Positions 36,252-48,990 of a stretch of 64,000 nt of DNA are shown here, piece after piece. The number at the start of each line of letters is the position of its first letter. The stretch's first letter is position 1. The translations under genes and the position numbers were made by a program. The notes below the pieces were generated by a model that was given only the letters and a program-made list of their open reading frames with translations, ran no database searches and had not been told where the DNA came from. The stretch is from Sphaerodactylus townsendi (lineage: Eukaryota), in assembly GCF_021028975.2 (NCBI RefSeq), contig NC_059438.1:37386001-37450000 (forward strand), written 5' to 3'.

Positions 36252-36413
36252 CTACAGATTTTCAGCTGAAACCTCAAGCGGGCAGTGCTTAGAGGGAGCC
36301 GCCAGCTGGCAGGCCATGGTGATGAGTGCCTCCACCTTCTCTTGCAACTGCAGGTTATCTCGATGTCGCTCTAGAGTCTGAAGTCCAGACTGATCCACAA
36401 AGTCGAGGGCAGC
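36252..36413 (-). CDS. TMCO6: TMCO6 exon 12 (last)
   Basis: AALDFVDQSGLQTLERHRDNLQLQEKV...SAENL*. Confidence 0.88.
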   Translation of the reverse strand, partial: AALDFVDQSGLQTLERHRDNLQLQEKVEALITMACQLAAPSKHCPLEVSAENL

Positions 36414-36515
36414 CTGAGTCGAGAGTGGGAGAGAGATTCAGATTAGACCTGCCCCTGTGCTCAGCGGCACATCTGGAGCCCGAGCGCAATAATGCATATC
36501 AAATGCAATCTTTAC

Positions 36516-36683
36516 CTCTGGCCAGTGTAGCAAGATGAGGTGTGCCAGTTCCAGAGCTTGATCCACTGCTTGGTCATCAGAAAGAGCGAGGCCGCCAAGG
36601 AGAGAAGGAAGCCCGGCCTTCTGATGCAGTGCCTGGCAGTGGGCAGGCCCCTTGGCCGCAACGTTGCACAGCACTGTTAGAAC
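36516..36683 (-). CDS. TMCO6: TMCO6 exon 11
   Basis: VLTVLCNVAAKGPAHCQ...LHWPE. Confidence 0.93.
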
Positions 36684-36779
36684 CTGCAGAGCGGGACAAC
36701 AAAGGACAGCGATTGGTCACTTGCCACTCTGGTTTGTACAGAAATAGCAAGGACGTCTGGAGCATTCAATATCTTTAGG

Positions 36780-37062
36780 TAAAGGTAAAGTTTCCCCTTT
36801 CAGTTGTGTCCAACCCTGGGGTACCACTGCAAGCAGTGATTTCATAGGCAAGCCGTTTTTGTGGGGTAGTTTGCCATTGCTTTCCCCGGCTATTCTTTAC
36901 CCCCTAGTTATGTGCTAGGTACTCATTTACCGACCAAGGAATGGATGGATGGCTGAGTTGACCATGAGCCAGCTGCCAGGATATCTGACCCACAGGGGGC
37001 TCAAACTCCTGACCGTGTGAGCGGCAGTGCAAGCACTTAACCACTACGCCATGCGGCTCCTT
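36780..37062 (-). mobile_element. Sauria SINE (tRNA head, BovB-like tail, (acctt)n end)
   Basis: A/B boxes on - strand; TSD aatatctttag at both ends. Confidence 0.8.
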
Positions 37063-38152
37063 AAATATCTTTAGCGTTTCTTTATTCTGCATGCTTACAC
37101 TGCTCTTCGCCTCCCCTCCTGGAGATGCAGCAGCTGATCAGTCAGTACAGCAACTGGAGCCTTTTACCTTATTGATTTGGCCCTCATCAATAAATCCGGA
37201 TGAGTTCCTCTCTGAGAGAAGTCAACTGACCACCCTTCTTAAGGGCATACAGTACTGTATTCACTTCAATCTTCACCAGTACTGTATTCACTTCAATCTT
37301 CACAGCTAAACAAATCTCTAGCCCTGTGACTGAGCAAACCACAATATTCCATTCACCCTTGTTTCAAACGCAAGGTTCTTGGTAAAGCCACGAGCTCACA
37401 CAAGTGATCAGGATGGTATCTGGGTTAAAAACATGCAGCGTCTGAAGGGCAACATGTGACAAAATGACATACTGTCCAGAAGAGGAAGCTGATCGAAAGG
37501 GGAGGCAAGGCAAACAGGTAAGGATGGGCTGTAAATGGGTCACTGGTTATTCAGTTAGCTACCAAAATAAACATACAGCGACCCATTTCCATGGCCTTAC
37601 GACCACAACAACCACGCCAACCTCATGTAATACAAGAATATGGAACAGAACAAGTATAAATACAAACGGTTCTTGTGTATGTGCGTGCCATCATGTCACA
37701 AGGCAAGAGACGTTCGGATGAACAGCCCCTGATAGTTACTTAATTTAGCAAGCTTTACCAGTGAACAGACACGTCAAAATCAAATTGGCCGTATGTTGTC
37801 CTGGAAGTTTTTTTTTTTTGGGGGGGGGGGGGTTTACACCTTAACAGAACAGATGCTCAACTTTACACCTAAAAAGGCCTTTAGAATCCACTTTTAAAAA
37901 CACTTTATTTAGTATCTGACAGGCGTCATGTGGTTCATTCAGGGTGTGTGTGTCTGGTTCTCTAAATATCAAAATGGTCCCAGCTAAAGTCTTCAAAAAA
38001 ATTTAAACATCATAACTGCAAGAAAAGACACTTCTTCTGACATCTGGAGAAAAGCCTGACATCTCCTTCACAGTTGCGCAACATGAACACAGCTCCAGAG
38101 CCTACGCAGCACGGGAGATTCTATCCCAAAACCCATCGGGATTGTTACCTAC

Positions 38153-38244
38153 CGGCACGCTTGCCTTCTGGCTGTGTAAGAGTTGCAGCAGAGACGGAAA
38201 GAGGTCCAGGCTGAGCAGAGCAGAACACACCGTGGGATTGTCAG
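38153..38244 (-). CDS. TMCO6: TMCO6 exon 10
   Basis: ADNPTVCSALLSLDLFPSLLQLLHSQKASVP. Confidence 0.9.
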
Positions 38245-38930
38245 CTGGGAAAAACAGGATGTAAAAAGGATCAGAAGCTGCTTCTGGCATTTTCTGGCTC
38301 CTTCCGCACATGCAGAATAATGCACTTTCAAACTGCTTTCAGTGCTCTTTAAAGCTGTGCGGAATAGCAAAATCCACTTGCAAAGAGTTGTGAAAGTGGT
38401 TTGAAAACGCATTATTTTGCGTGTGCGGAAGGGGCCTCTGTTTCATTAAGAACAGAGTGCAGAAAGGGCTCCCAGGAAGGGCCACGTAAACAGGGGATGG
38501 CAGGAAGCTGAATTAGGCTTTGAAGAATTCTTTATTTGGTCTTGGACTACTCAGCCTAGCTTGGGTCACCCTGCCATGCGTGAACATGATATACCTGGCA
38601 AGGCCCCCTTGGCTTTGCTGAAAAGACCTTCCTGTAAGATACAATCTCTCTGAAATGGGTAGAAGGCTCTGAAAGCAAATTATGTTAATACTGGCATCAG
38701 TTCCTTGGGACTAAGGGCATCTACCTGCTCTTGGAGCCAGCCAGGTGACTCCACTGGCTTTTTTGCAAGAACCTGACAGATGTGAGAGAGCAACAACATT
38801 AGCTCAGTTCAGTTTATTGAAGGACAGTGCCTCAAAAGCCCACAAGCTGTCGGACTTTCAGCTATACTAGATGATGGGCTCCCTCTCCTACCTGGAGTGA
38901 GCTTTGGCCCGCCAAGTGAAAGGGACACAC

Positions 38931-39111
38931 CTGTGAGGTTATTAAGCAGCCACAAACACTCCAGCACCAGGAAGAGGTGCTCGGGCAGGAAGGTCCTGAT
39001 GAAGACAAACACGGCTCTCAGGAGGCCCTCAGCTTGTGCCTGGAGTTCACCGCCGCGGCTCTCGTCTTCGGCAAGGAGGTTGCTCACGCACCGCACCACA
39101 GGGCAGACCAG
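38931..39111 (-). CDS. TMCO6: TMCO6 exon 9
   Basis: LVCPVVRCVSNLL...ECLWLLNNLT. Confidence 0.93.
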
Positions 39112-39177
39112 CTGGAAGCAGAGGGGAAGGAGAGGTGCTCAGGAGAAGCTGGGCCACCAGTCAGCAAATCAGCAAGA

Positions 39178-39688
39178 TTAGGGCTGCTATGAAAACTTGT
39201 TCACCCTTACATCTTTCAATACCCCTATATCAAAACAGGATGGCTCCCTATTTGTATTTTTGACTAATCCTATGCAGAGAAGAGCCCTCACACTTGCTTG
39301 TTTCAATGTTTTCCCCTCCGCTTTATTGCATGGTAGATTTAACAACTTGGAAATGAGTGAAAGGGTATGCTCTTGTGGTGAACAACAAATTGAAACATTG
39401 GCACATCAACTGCTTTGCTGCCCTAAATTTGCTAATATCAGATTAAAATATTCCAATATTCTTTCTAGGATACCTAGTGAAATGGGAGAATCAGGTAGAC
39501 TCCCTTTCCTTCTGGACAATTCTGACAATGAAACTTGTGAATTGGTAGCACGATGTTTACTGGAGGTGATGCACCATCAATCATTTATATTCTATCTTAA
39601 ACCATTGTATTTGTGTACCTTTTATCTCAGGTTTTTTTTATTGTGTTATGATGATTATGCCAAATAAAGGCTTATTGTTAATAAAAAA
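39178..39688 (+). mobile_element. 5'-truncated non-LTR retrotransposon 3' end with Cys/His knuckle and poly(A)
   Basis: ORF RVCSCGEQQIETLAHQLLCCP; AATAAA plus A-tail; TSD aaatcagcaaga at 39166 and 39689. Confidence 0.8.
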
Positions 39689-39719
39689 AAATCAGCAAGA
39701 GCCTTCCGGTTTACTGTAC

Positions 39720-39831
39720 CAGCTCCAGGTCCTCGGCAGAAGACGGCGTCATCGTGGAAGCCAGGGCCACCAACAGCTGCACAAGAGTTGGCAGAGTCCT
39801 TTGGGAGATCAGCAGTAAATTGTTCACCTGG
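39720..39831 (-). CDS. TMCO6: TMCO6 exon 8
   Basis: QVNNLLLISQRTLPTLVQLLVALA...EDLEL. Confidence 0.9.
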
Positions 39832-40486
39832 CTGAGGGAAGATGGGACACAGAGGAGGGCAAGTTGCCTGAGGTGGCAGGGTGCCATCATGCCTCTTCCC
39901 CTCCCGTTTCTTAACAGCAGAAGTTATTAAAAGGTTTTGTTCCAATTGCACTTGCTCACCGTTCAGCAGAAATCCTTTTGGGGGGGGGGGGTTGGCGGGG
40001 AGGGAAGGCTGGTTACCACAGCAAGCCGGAATTGTCTAGAAATGTGTACTGCACTTTGGCTATTAAAAACTTCAGCCATCCATAGTCAGAAGTTTGGAGG
40101 GATTCTAAGCAGGTCCACTTAGCAATAAACCCCATTAAATTAAAAAGGACTGATTTAATATACTGTCGAAGGCTTTCAGGACCAGAATCAACTGACTGTT
40201 GTGGATTTTCTGGGCTAAGGAGCAAAAACGACCTGGCAAAGGCCACACATCCTGGAAAACCCACAACAGCCAGAAACTGATTCACTTCATTTATAGTCCA
40301 CATGTCTCTGCAATACGGACCCAAAGCAGCTGACATCCTTCTCCTTTGCTCTGTTTTATCCAAACAACCACCCTGGGAGGTAAGTTAGGCTGTGTGTGTG
40401 TGGTTGGCCCAAAGTCACCCAGCAAGCTTTTGTGGCAGAGGGCGATTCAAACCTGGGTCTCTCAGATCTGAGTCCAGCTCCCTTAC

Positions 40487-40603
40487 CTGCAAATAATGTA
40501 GTGCAGGCACCACGCAAATTCCACCGCTACTCCCATTCCCTGTTCCAGATTGGAGCAAACCAAGCGAAGGATGTGTTGGGAGAGGCCAGAATCAAGGACC
40601 AAA
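40487..40603 (-). CDS. TMCO6: TMCO6 exon 7
   Basis: LVLDSGLSQHILRLV...GVAVEFAWCLHYIIC. Confidence 0.93.
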
Positions 40604-41049
40604 CTGGGGACAGGAAACAGAGACAAAAAAAGCTTCTGTGTTAGTTATTGGGAGAATTAAGCAGGCAAGCAGCAAACATCTGGCGTGGGAAGTACAGGAG
40701 AGAGTAATACAGCTATATTACCCAATAAGAAGGGCTCTGACAGGGCAAGAGAAACACCCCCAAAGCTATGCAACCAATTCCTCTCATTATTGCAAAGAGG
40801 CAGCTGAGGCAGGAATATGTCTTTGGGGCAAACAGCTGCCTGCTGCTGCCAACTGAGCCAGTCCCTCTCTTTGCTGCCAGCCCTTGAGACCAGCTCCTTG
40901 AGACCAGCTCCTTGAGATACAACATGGCATGTGCATGCGACAGAGATGTGGATTCCTTCTTCTAACATTGCAGCAGAAGATAAGCTTGTATCTCATATAT
41001 GCACACAGATATCCGCAACTGGGTAAAATTGAAATATTGTTCTACTTAC

Positions 41050-41135
41050 GGGATGATTTCTTCTGCAGCTTCCTTCGACTGCAAGAGCTGTGATAGAGCA
41101 TAGCCAGTGCCTTCCTGCACCGCCAGGTGAGGAGA
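41050..41135 (-). CDS. TMCO6: TMCO6 exon 6
   Basis: SPHLAVQEGTGYALSQLLQSKEAAEEII. Confidence 0.93.
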
Positions 41136-42290
41136 CTGAAATCAGAGGATGCAAAATTCATCAGCCAATGCCTTGGGCTCAGAGGAGTCATATGCACCAA
41201 GCAGCAGGGAGCAGAGGCTACGCTTCAGTTCCATTCCATTATGCATAGTTACCCAAGGCTACCAACATCTACACAACTGCAAACAGTAAAAGTGCAGCAA
41301 AGGACCTCACGCAGAGATTGTAAGTTAGAGGAGAACTCAGAAGCCCTTCTGCATTTCTTTTTTAAAAATTCTAGCTGCCAGTCATGAGCTCAGTTCAAAA
41401 GCAGCCTGTACTAAGGGCAAAAAAGCCAATGTTAGCTGATTCAAACATGTCCATTATCATGACAGGAACAAGTCACATGGACACCCAGGATGGGCTGGAT
41501 TACAACTCCACCCCACCCCCACCCCCCCAAGTTTACTGCTTTAGAGACCCCTTTTCAGCCTAACCCTTTTCAGCCTGCATGCACATGTGGAATTCTGACA
41601 CGGCAGGGTGGGCAAACGACAACAAATTTTTGTTTGCAGAAGGCAGAGCCAACCATAAAATGATTGTCACATCTTAACTTTAGATCCTTTTGCTGTGATG
41701 GCAGCTGCTGCCAAAGCAACATTTTAAAAAAATATGCATAGCCAATGAAATATCCAGCAGTCAATCAGAAGCTTTGCTGGCCCCACCCACGACCTGACCC
41801 CCACCCATTTCCAAAAAAAAAAAAAATTGGTGGGTGCCAGAAAATGTGTTGGCAGATATCATGGGCACTATGTTGGGGACCGCTGCTCTACAGACTCATG
41901 CTTGTTGCTTTGCCCTCAAAGGAATATGCATGTTCAAGTCGATCTGGGGTGGCTTGAGATGTTTTGCTATGTTTTTGAGATAGCTTCAGGTGGCAGCAGA
42001 ATGACCAGACAATCCTGGGTCCAATGGGGTGCGAGGTGGTGAGCCCACAGGGATCCAGACTCTCCCGTTTCAAGAGGCCCTCTCTTAGAATATGGCTTTC
42101 ACTTGCTCTAACAGCTGAGAGTGGATAATTCTCTCCTGAAGAAAATACACCCCTTTGACTAGACAAAGCCTGTACACAGTTGACTTGCAGAGAGCCTAAA
42201 ACAGGGGTGTCCAACTCTGGCCCTTCAGATGTTCAGGGACTATGATTCCCATCAGCCCGGCCGAAAAGAAAGACTTGCTTCTTCGCTCAC

Positions 42291-42395
42291 CTGCATGCAA
42301 GATGCCAACACTGGAATAATGCCCTGGGGCAGAAGATGCTTCTTTACCACCTTCGTCTCCACCGCCAAGTTCCCCAGTGTGTACAAACAAAGCTC
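42291..42395 (-). CDS. TMCO6: TMCO6 exon 5
   Basis: ELCLYTLGNLAVETKVVKKHLLPQGIIPVLASCMQ. Confidence 0.95.
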
Positions 42396-43766
42396 CTGAA
42401 ACACAAAGGGGAGAGCATTCTCTGTATTCCCCATTCTGGAGCCCCTCCCCCTGGCACAGCATCCCCCTAATACTTTACGGGCAGCGATGTTCCCACAAGA
42501 GAAAAGAGAAACCAATAAGGATGCACAGATATAGTTTTACAGTACATGGTTCCTAAAACAGCAGAGGAGATAAATACTAAGCTGATCAGTCATTTCCTAC
42601 TAGACATTTTTTGCTGAGCTCTTCAGGAGTGTGGGCCTACTGCAGCCTCAGCTCTCAACCCGTGATGGAAGGCAGGTCTGTTCTCAAGGCAAGTTTCTGA
42701 TGTGCTCTACACAATATGGATGAATCCCACCTGACTTCCTTCCCCATCCGGTCTCTTCCTCACACGAGGGTGCCTGAGCAGCCAAGTTCAAACCACTACA
42801 ACAAGTCAAGACAACTCTAACCTCCCCCTTCACACTTTCCGCTTACATGTTCTTCAGTCCTCTCTGCCCCCCTCTTCTGCGATCATTCGGTCCAAATGAG
42901 GAAATGGCCCCTGTCGTGTTTTGCCATGTAAATTCTAGTTGTTTTGTTTCTGTGTTTTAATGTGGAGTTGAAATGTATGTAGCTGAGATCTAGAATGTAG
43001 GTCTGTGGAATAAGGAGGAGGGAGGCTGGGTGGGTGAGTGAAGAATGTTATGATGGGAGGGTGAGTTGTACCATAGGGGGTGGAGTTGACTGCTCTGTTC
43101 AGAAAGAGGCTTTTTGTGACAGGGAGTGCAGAGCGGTGTCTTTTTGGAGGGACTTGAGTGAGGGGCTGTGGAGTGTGAGAGAAATTTGTGTTGTGTGTGC
43201 AAGTTATTCACCTGGGTAGCAAGTTGGAAAGTTAAACTGTGTTGAAATTATCAGCTAAATGGCAAGTGAGAAAGCAAGTGAGAAAGCAATAGCTGCTTCT
43301 ATTTATGGAATTGTTTCACTGATGTGCCTGTCTGAAGCCATTATGGTTATTAACCATACAGAAACTGTTATGCTCTTGTATTTATAAAATAAACTCTGTA
43401 TTTAAGAAAAATAACTGTTTATTTTAGAGCAAAGAATCCTCTTTTACCTCAGAGTCACCCTCCGCTTGCTGACAGTACAGTCATTCTAGAAACTATAATT
43501 AGAGAAATGCCTTTACAGAGGTTACACATAAAGAAGTCACACAGACCCTTCCTGGGAGGTCTAGTCCTCTGAACTCAGACTACAGGCAATCTCTTGGTAA
43601 CAATGAACTTGAAAGCCCCAACAGAAGTCTTCCTATTCAAAGTGAAGCATGCTGTGGAAGACCATTTCCACGCCACGCTTTGGAAAGCAGACTCAAATGT
43701 GGATGGAAAGCCACACTTTGAACCTCAGAAGCCAGACTCTTTGAGAAGTACAGATCCATGCCTTAC

Positions 43767-43950
43767 TGAGAGGACTGGGCTATGTCCAGAGAGGTAGGTA
43801 AGAAGGTAGGAGGTGGCTGGCAAACAGGCCTCCACAATCTCAGGGTCTTGCGAATGCGATAATTCATGTAAACACCAGGCTGCCTCCATCTGCAGATCTG
43901 CCAGATTGCTGGTAAAGAGGCCAACCAGTGTCCGCATGCCGCCTTCCAAC
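43767..43950 (-). CDS. TMCO6: TMCO6 exon 4
   Basis: LEGGMRTLVGLFTSN...ACLPATSYLLTYLSGHSPVLS. Confidence 0.95.
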
Positions 43951-44484
43951 CTGCAAATGCAAGAAGAGTAAGATGTTATCCCCTGCTTTTCTACACCTTA
44001 GGGACTCTCAAAGCTGCTTATAATGGCATTCTCTTCCCTTCCCTGCAGAAGGCAGAGAGTTCTAAGAGAACTGTGACTGGCTCAAGGTCATCCAGCAGGC
44101 TTCACGTGGGGGATTGAACACGGTTCTCTAAATTAGAGTCTGTTCATGTGGAGAGCAGGGAATCAAACCCAGTTCTCCAGATTAGAGACTGCTGCACCAC
44201 ACTGGAAAGCAGAGACTCCACACTGAATACTTTTCCTGCTGACCTGTACCATTGAAAGAAAACAGTTCCAGCTACTCCAACACCCGAGACTCTGAAAAGC
44301 TCCATGACCCAAGGAGACCATGCAAATTTCAGCAGAATGGAACTTAATACTCAAAAAACTGGCCGAACTAATTTTTTGCCCCCTTGGGTTCCTTTGCACT
44401 TAGGTAAATATACAAATATAGAGGTAAAGCAGAATTAGCAGCAGGTTTAATAATCAAATTTAACGGAGAGCACTTCCTCATGGT

Positions 44485-44782
44485 AAGAACGAGCCTGCTG
44501 GATTAGACCAGAGTCCATCTACTCCAGCACTCTGCTACTCGCAGTGGCCCACCAGATGCCTTTGGGAGCTCACATGCAGGAGGTGAAAGCAATGGCCTTC
44601 TGCTGCTGCTGCTCCTGAGCACCTGGTCTGCTAAGGCATTTGCAATCTGAGATCAAGGAGGACCAAGCTTGGTAGCCATAGATCGACTTCTCCTCCATCA
44701 ATCTGTCCAAGCCCCTTTTAAAGCTATCCAGGTTAGTGGCCATCACCACCTCCTGTGGCAGCATATTCCAAACACCAATCAC
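44485..44782 (-). mobile_element. CR1 3' fragment
   Basis: Encodes VIGVWNMLPQEVVMATNLDSFKRGLDR, the CR1 ORF2 C-terminus. Confidence 0.85.
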
Positions 44783-45454
44783 CAATGGTGTTTTTTTGAA
44801 GCATCTCTCCTGTCATATTTAACTAATTTCTGTATACTTTATGTAAGTCTTTGCTTAGTCAAACAACCAGATGAACAGTACCCAAACTGTTTTGCCCTCA
44901 ACCACTCTATGCCACCTTAACCAGCTACTAACTGAGCATATATGACTATGCGTTGCAATGCACTCCCAACAGCCCAGATTAAGGACCACTATTTAAAAAC
45001 TCCTTCAAAATTAAGATTCTGTGACTGTCAAATGAACATACTTGATTCACCTGTACATGTGTTTTTATTGTCCTAAATATGAATCAGAAAGAAAACAGTT
45101 TCCAATGAAATATAGAGTTAAATTTCCCCCTTTTCCAGATATCACGAAATTAAGGTTGTTTTTAAATGATCTAAATCACAACTGTGTTGTAGATGTGGCA
45201 AAATTCTGTTTCGCAGTTTGTTTGTAAAAGTTTTTAAAAATGGGAATGTGACCTATGGGCTGTTAAACTATGAACTAATAGCCCATATCCACTCACAAAT
45301 ATCTAACACAAACCAGGCTACCAAGGAGATATGGGTCTGTCTCTACCGACGACTGTTCTTGCATTGGACAAAACACCCCAAAGAGGTTTTATTTCCTTCA
45401 AGCAAGGCAAGCAACACCCACTCGATGAATCACCACCAAGACCTGCTAGCCAAC

Positions 45455-45564
45455 CTGATGAATTTCTGCCGGGTCTCTTTGTGTTGTAGCCCCCATCGAA
45501 GGCGACGCAGGGATTTTATCCTCTCTTCCATTCCCTTGTGGGTTCTCCTCAGCAGCTCTGAAAT
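45455..45564 (-). CDS. TMCO6: TMCO6 exon 3
   Basis: ISELLRRTHKG...LRWGLQHKETRQKFI. Confidence 0.9.
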
Positions 45565-46427
45565 CTGCCAGGGAACAATACTGAGTCAATGGCAGGGCTG
45601 AAGTAGGGCCTGCATTTTGAGAAAGAACTATCCATCATGGTTGGAATGCACAATCCTAGAAACCCAGGAGACAGTCTGAACAGATCTGGTGTATGTCTGT
45701 CTTTGAAACTAGACAGGATACTAGGCTGGATACTGCAGAGATGCTCACCTTTCCACCACACAAAGGGGATTCTCTCTGGGGGACGGTTCCTTATGCCACA
45801 GGAAGGGCTCTGTGGGACTCAACTCATTATCAGGATGGGAACCCCACTCTGTGTCACTTTGAGCTCTTAAAGACGTTCAAAATTCTTAACTGAATAGCCA
45901 AATATAATAAAGGAAAAATGTAGATCAGAGTTACAAAAATATGGTTTTCTTAGGATAAAATTGGACTTTAATTTGTCCCATGCACATTGCACACCTCCTT
46001 GGTTAAACTGTGCCTAAATCTACTGAACTATGAGACAAACTGAATTCATTAGGATCCAGTGAGTTGGGAATGTTTATTTATTTACTTCATTCAAACACCA
46101 CCTTTTCCCCAATGGGGACCCGGAGTGGGTTATATAATTCTCCACTTTATCCTGACAACAACCCAACTAGGTAGGTTAGGCTGAAAGCATGTGACTGGCC
46201 CTAGGTTTTCATGGTGGAGGGCAGATTTGGCCCTGGATCTTGCTGATCCCAGTCCAACACTCTAACACAGGCCCTCTTTAGTTAACATTTATTTTGAAAG
46301 GAAGAGGACATTCACACTATCTTTGTGTAGTTTGGACAACTTATAATCACATGTGCCCGTTATCCCTAAGCAAACCAAAGATTCAATGCAGTGCAGCAAA
46401 CCCTGATTTAAGCCCCAAACATCCTAC

Positions 46428-46552
46428 CTCTTGCTCAGAAATGGGTGCTGTTGTATTGCTGTCTGTTCCAATGCACACTTCATCGATCAATGCGTCTTCC
46501 TGTAACAGCCGTTTACTGACTAACTGCTGCAGCCTCCGGGCCCTCCTCAGGG
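46428..46552 (-). CDS. TMCO6: TMCO6 exon 2
   Basis: LRRARRLQQLVSKRLLQED...ISEQE (IBB-like). Confidence 0.92.
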
Positions 46553-46914
46553 CTGTACCAAAGCAGCACCCAATTGCCAGAGTCCAACAAAGAGAGCAGA
46601 GAAGTGAAAATAACCTTAAATGGTGATTATAAGGTTTCTACACAGAGCAAAAAATATTAACATAAGAACATAAGAACATAAGAACAAGCCAGCTGGATCA
46701 GACCAGAGTCCATCTAGTCCAGCTCTCTGCTACTCACAGTGGCCCACCAGGTGCCTTTGGGAGCTCACCTGCAGAATGTTCAGCAACACCACTTAAAAAT
46801 CCATCCATCCTGATAGACCTATTTAATCCTGAAAAAACACTTTTTCTAGAATTAACCCTCATGGGATATAAAGAACTTTAGAAGAGCAATCTGTGAAAAT
46901 CTGAGATTTAAAAG

Positions 46915-47140
46915 CATGATTACGGAGAAGTCGATTTATGGCTACCAATCTTGATCCTCCTTGATCTGAGATTGCAAATGCCTCAACAGACCAGGTGATC
47001 GGGAGCAACAGCGGCAGAAGGCCATTGCGTTCACATCCTACATGTGAGCTCCCCAAGGCACCTGGTGGGCCACTGCGAGTAGCAGAGAGCTGGACTAGAT
47101 GGACTTTGGTCTGATCCAGCTGGCTTGTTCTTATGTTCTT
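46915..47140 (+). mobile_element. CR1 3' fragment (inverted partner at 46660-46780)
   Basis: gttcttatgttctt tail. Confidence 0.75.
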
Positions 47141-47339
47141 ATTACAGCCTTTACGTTAGAGTTGCCAGGTCATACCCACCACTGGTTCCAGATTCTGACT
47201 GGGACACGTCTGAAGAACTGTGGATGGAGCCTGGTGAAGGCAGGGAGTGGGGGTATACATAATGCCACAGAGCCCACCTTTCAAAGCATCCCTTTTCTCT
47301 AAAGGAACTGATCTCTGCAGTAGCAGTAACTCTCTATGA

Positions 47340-47476
47340 CAGTGGTGGCAAACCTTTGGCACTCCAGATGTTATGAACTACAATTCGCATCAGCCCCTGC
47401 CAGCATGGCCAATTGGCTGGGGTTGATGGGAATTGTAGTCCATAACATCTGGAGTGCCAAAGGTTCGCCACCACTG
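47340..47476. mobile_element. Palindromic hAT MITE
   Basis: TIR cagtggtggc; 8-bp TSD ctctatga. Confidence 0.9.
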
Positions 47477-47991
47477 CTCTATGAGGACCAGCTTAGAGCC
47501 TGGCTATGTTTAGTCTGGAGAAGAGAAGGTGAAGGGGTGACATGATAGCCATGTTTAAATATTTGAAGGGATGTCACATTGAAGAGGGAGCAAGCTTGTT
47601 TTCTGCTAGCTCCCGAGACTGGGTCAAGGAGTAATGGATTCAAGGTGCAGGAAAAGAGATCCCACCTAAACACTAAGGCCCCTTCCACACATGCAGAGTA
47701 ATGCACATTCAATCCACTTTCACAACTGTTGGAAAGTGGATTTTGCTATTCCGCACAATAAAATCCAGCTTCAAAGTGGACTGAAAGTGCATTATTCTGC
47801 ATGTGTGGAAGGGGCCTAGGAAGAAATTCCCGACACTGTTTGACAGTGGGGATGCACTGCCTTTGAGTGTGGTGTAGTCTCCTTCTTTGGAGGCTTTTAA
47901 ACAGAGGCTGGATGGCCATCTGTCAAGGGTGCTTGGATTCTGCATTCCTGTATCATGGCCCCAGTGGTCTCTTCCCATCCTTATGATTAGT

Positions 47992-48418
47992 CTGGAGCAG
48001 GGGTCTGCAACCGGTGGCTCTCCAGATGTTCATGGACTACAAATCGCATCAGCCCCTGCCATGCATGGCCAGCATGGCCTACAAATCCCGCCAATTGGCC
48101 ATGCTGGCAGGGGCTGATGGGATTTGTAGTCCATGAACATCTGGAGGGCCACAGATTGCAGATCCTTGATTAGCTGTAATTCCAGGGACCCCCCAGGTTC
48201 CACCTGAAGGCTGGAGCAGGGGACTGCAACCTGTGGCTCTCCAGATGTTCGTGGACTACAAATCCGATCAGCCCCTGCCACACATGGCCTACAAATCCCA
48301 CCAATTGACCATGCTGGCAGGGGCTGATGGGATTTGTAGTCCATGAACATCTGGAGAGCCACAGGTTGCAGATCCTTGATTATTCCGGGGACCCCCCAGG
48401 TCCCACCTGAAGGCTGGC
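47992..48418. repeat. Tandem duplication (2 x about 215 bp) of a MITE plus flank
   Basis: ctggagcagggg...ccacctgaaggctgg occurs twice. Confidence 0.8.
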
Positions 48419-48594
48419 ATTCCTAGCATTTTTAGGGGGTTTGTTTTGCATTGCCCAGCAGCTACTGAGAGGCAGCAAACAGCCTCCCCTTCCTGGGCAA
48501 TTGCTTGCATCCTCGCTCTTCTCTGCCATGCTGCTTTGCACGGCTCCTGCCGGCCCCCCGGCCTGGCCCTTTGCAAAGAGGCGGCGCCACTAAC

Positions 48595-48703
48595 CGGCTT
48601 CGCGCTCCCTCCGCCGGGCTCGCAGCTCTTCCACGGTGCAGCAGCTCCTTCTCCAGCTCCGCCTGCCCGCCAGGCCGGAGGGAGCGCAGCCCGGCGACTG
48701 CAT
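48595..48703 (-). CDS. TMCO6: TMCO6 exon 1 (IBB/ARM-repeat protein; total 516 aa)
   Basis: MQSPG...CTVEELRARRREREA; gttagt donor; 12 exons sum to 1551 nt in frame; exact start less certain. Confidence 0.85.
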
Positions 48704-48990
48704 AGCCGTTGCGGGCCCTTCCAGGTCTCAGCCTCCGCCGAGGGAAAAGCGACGAGGCGGAGGGGGAAGGTTCTTCTTTGCTTGCGTTGAGGCTTCCCGG
48801 CGTTCCTCACCCCGCCCAGCAAGAGCCTCAGGGGGTGAAGAGGAAAATCGAAGGCCGTAGGCCGCATCCGAGGAGTGAGGCCTTCCTCCCGGCCTGGACC
48901 TAGGCCGCGCGCCGCCGTTGCTAGGAGACCCACCGCGGGAGGCAAAGAGCAGACCAAGCGCAGGGGGCGCGCCGTGGTGCGGTTGCCAAC
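48704..48990 (-). promoter_or_regulatory. TMCO6 CpG promoter/5' UTR with an RFX X-box-like site
   Basis: CpG dense; gttgctaggagac at 48917-48929. Confidence 0.65.

Noticed and set aside
37091-37309. ADQSVQQLE segment as NDUFA2 exon 3
   Set aside because: The real exon 3 at 35116-35207 has the right phase, a stop and better similarity.
48289-48957. 222-aa ORF on the - strand
   Set aside because: GC-rich frame differing from the TMCO6 frame and running into MITE sequence.
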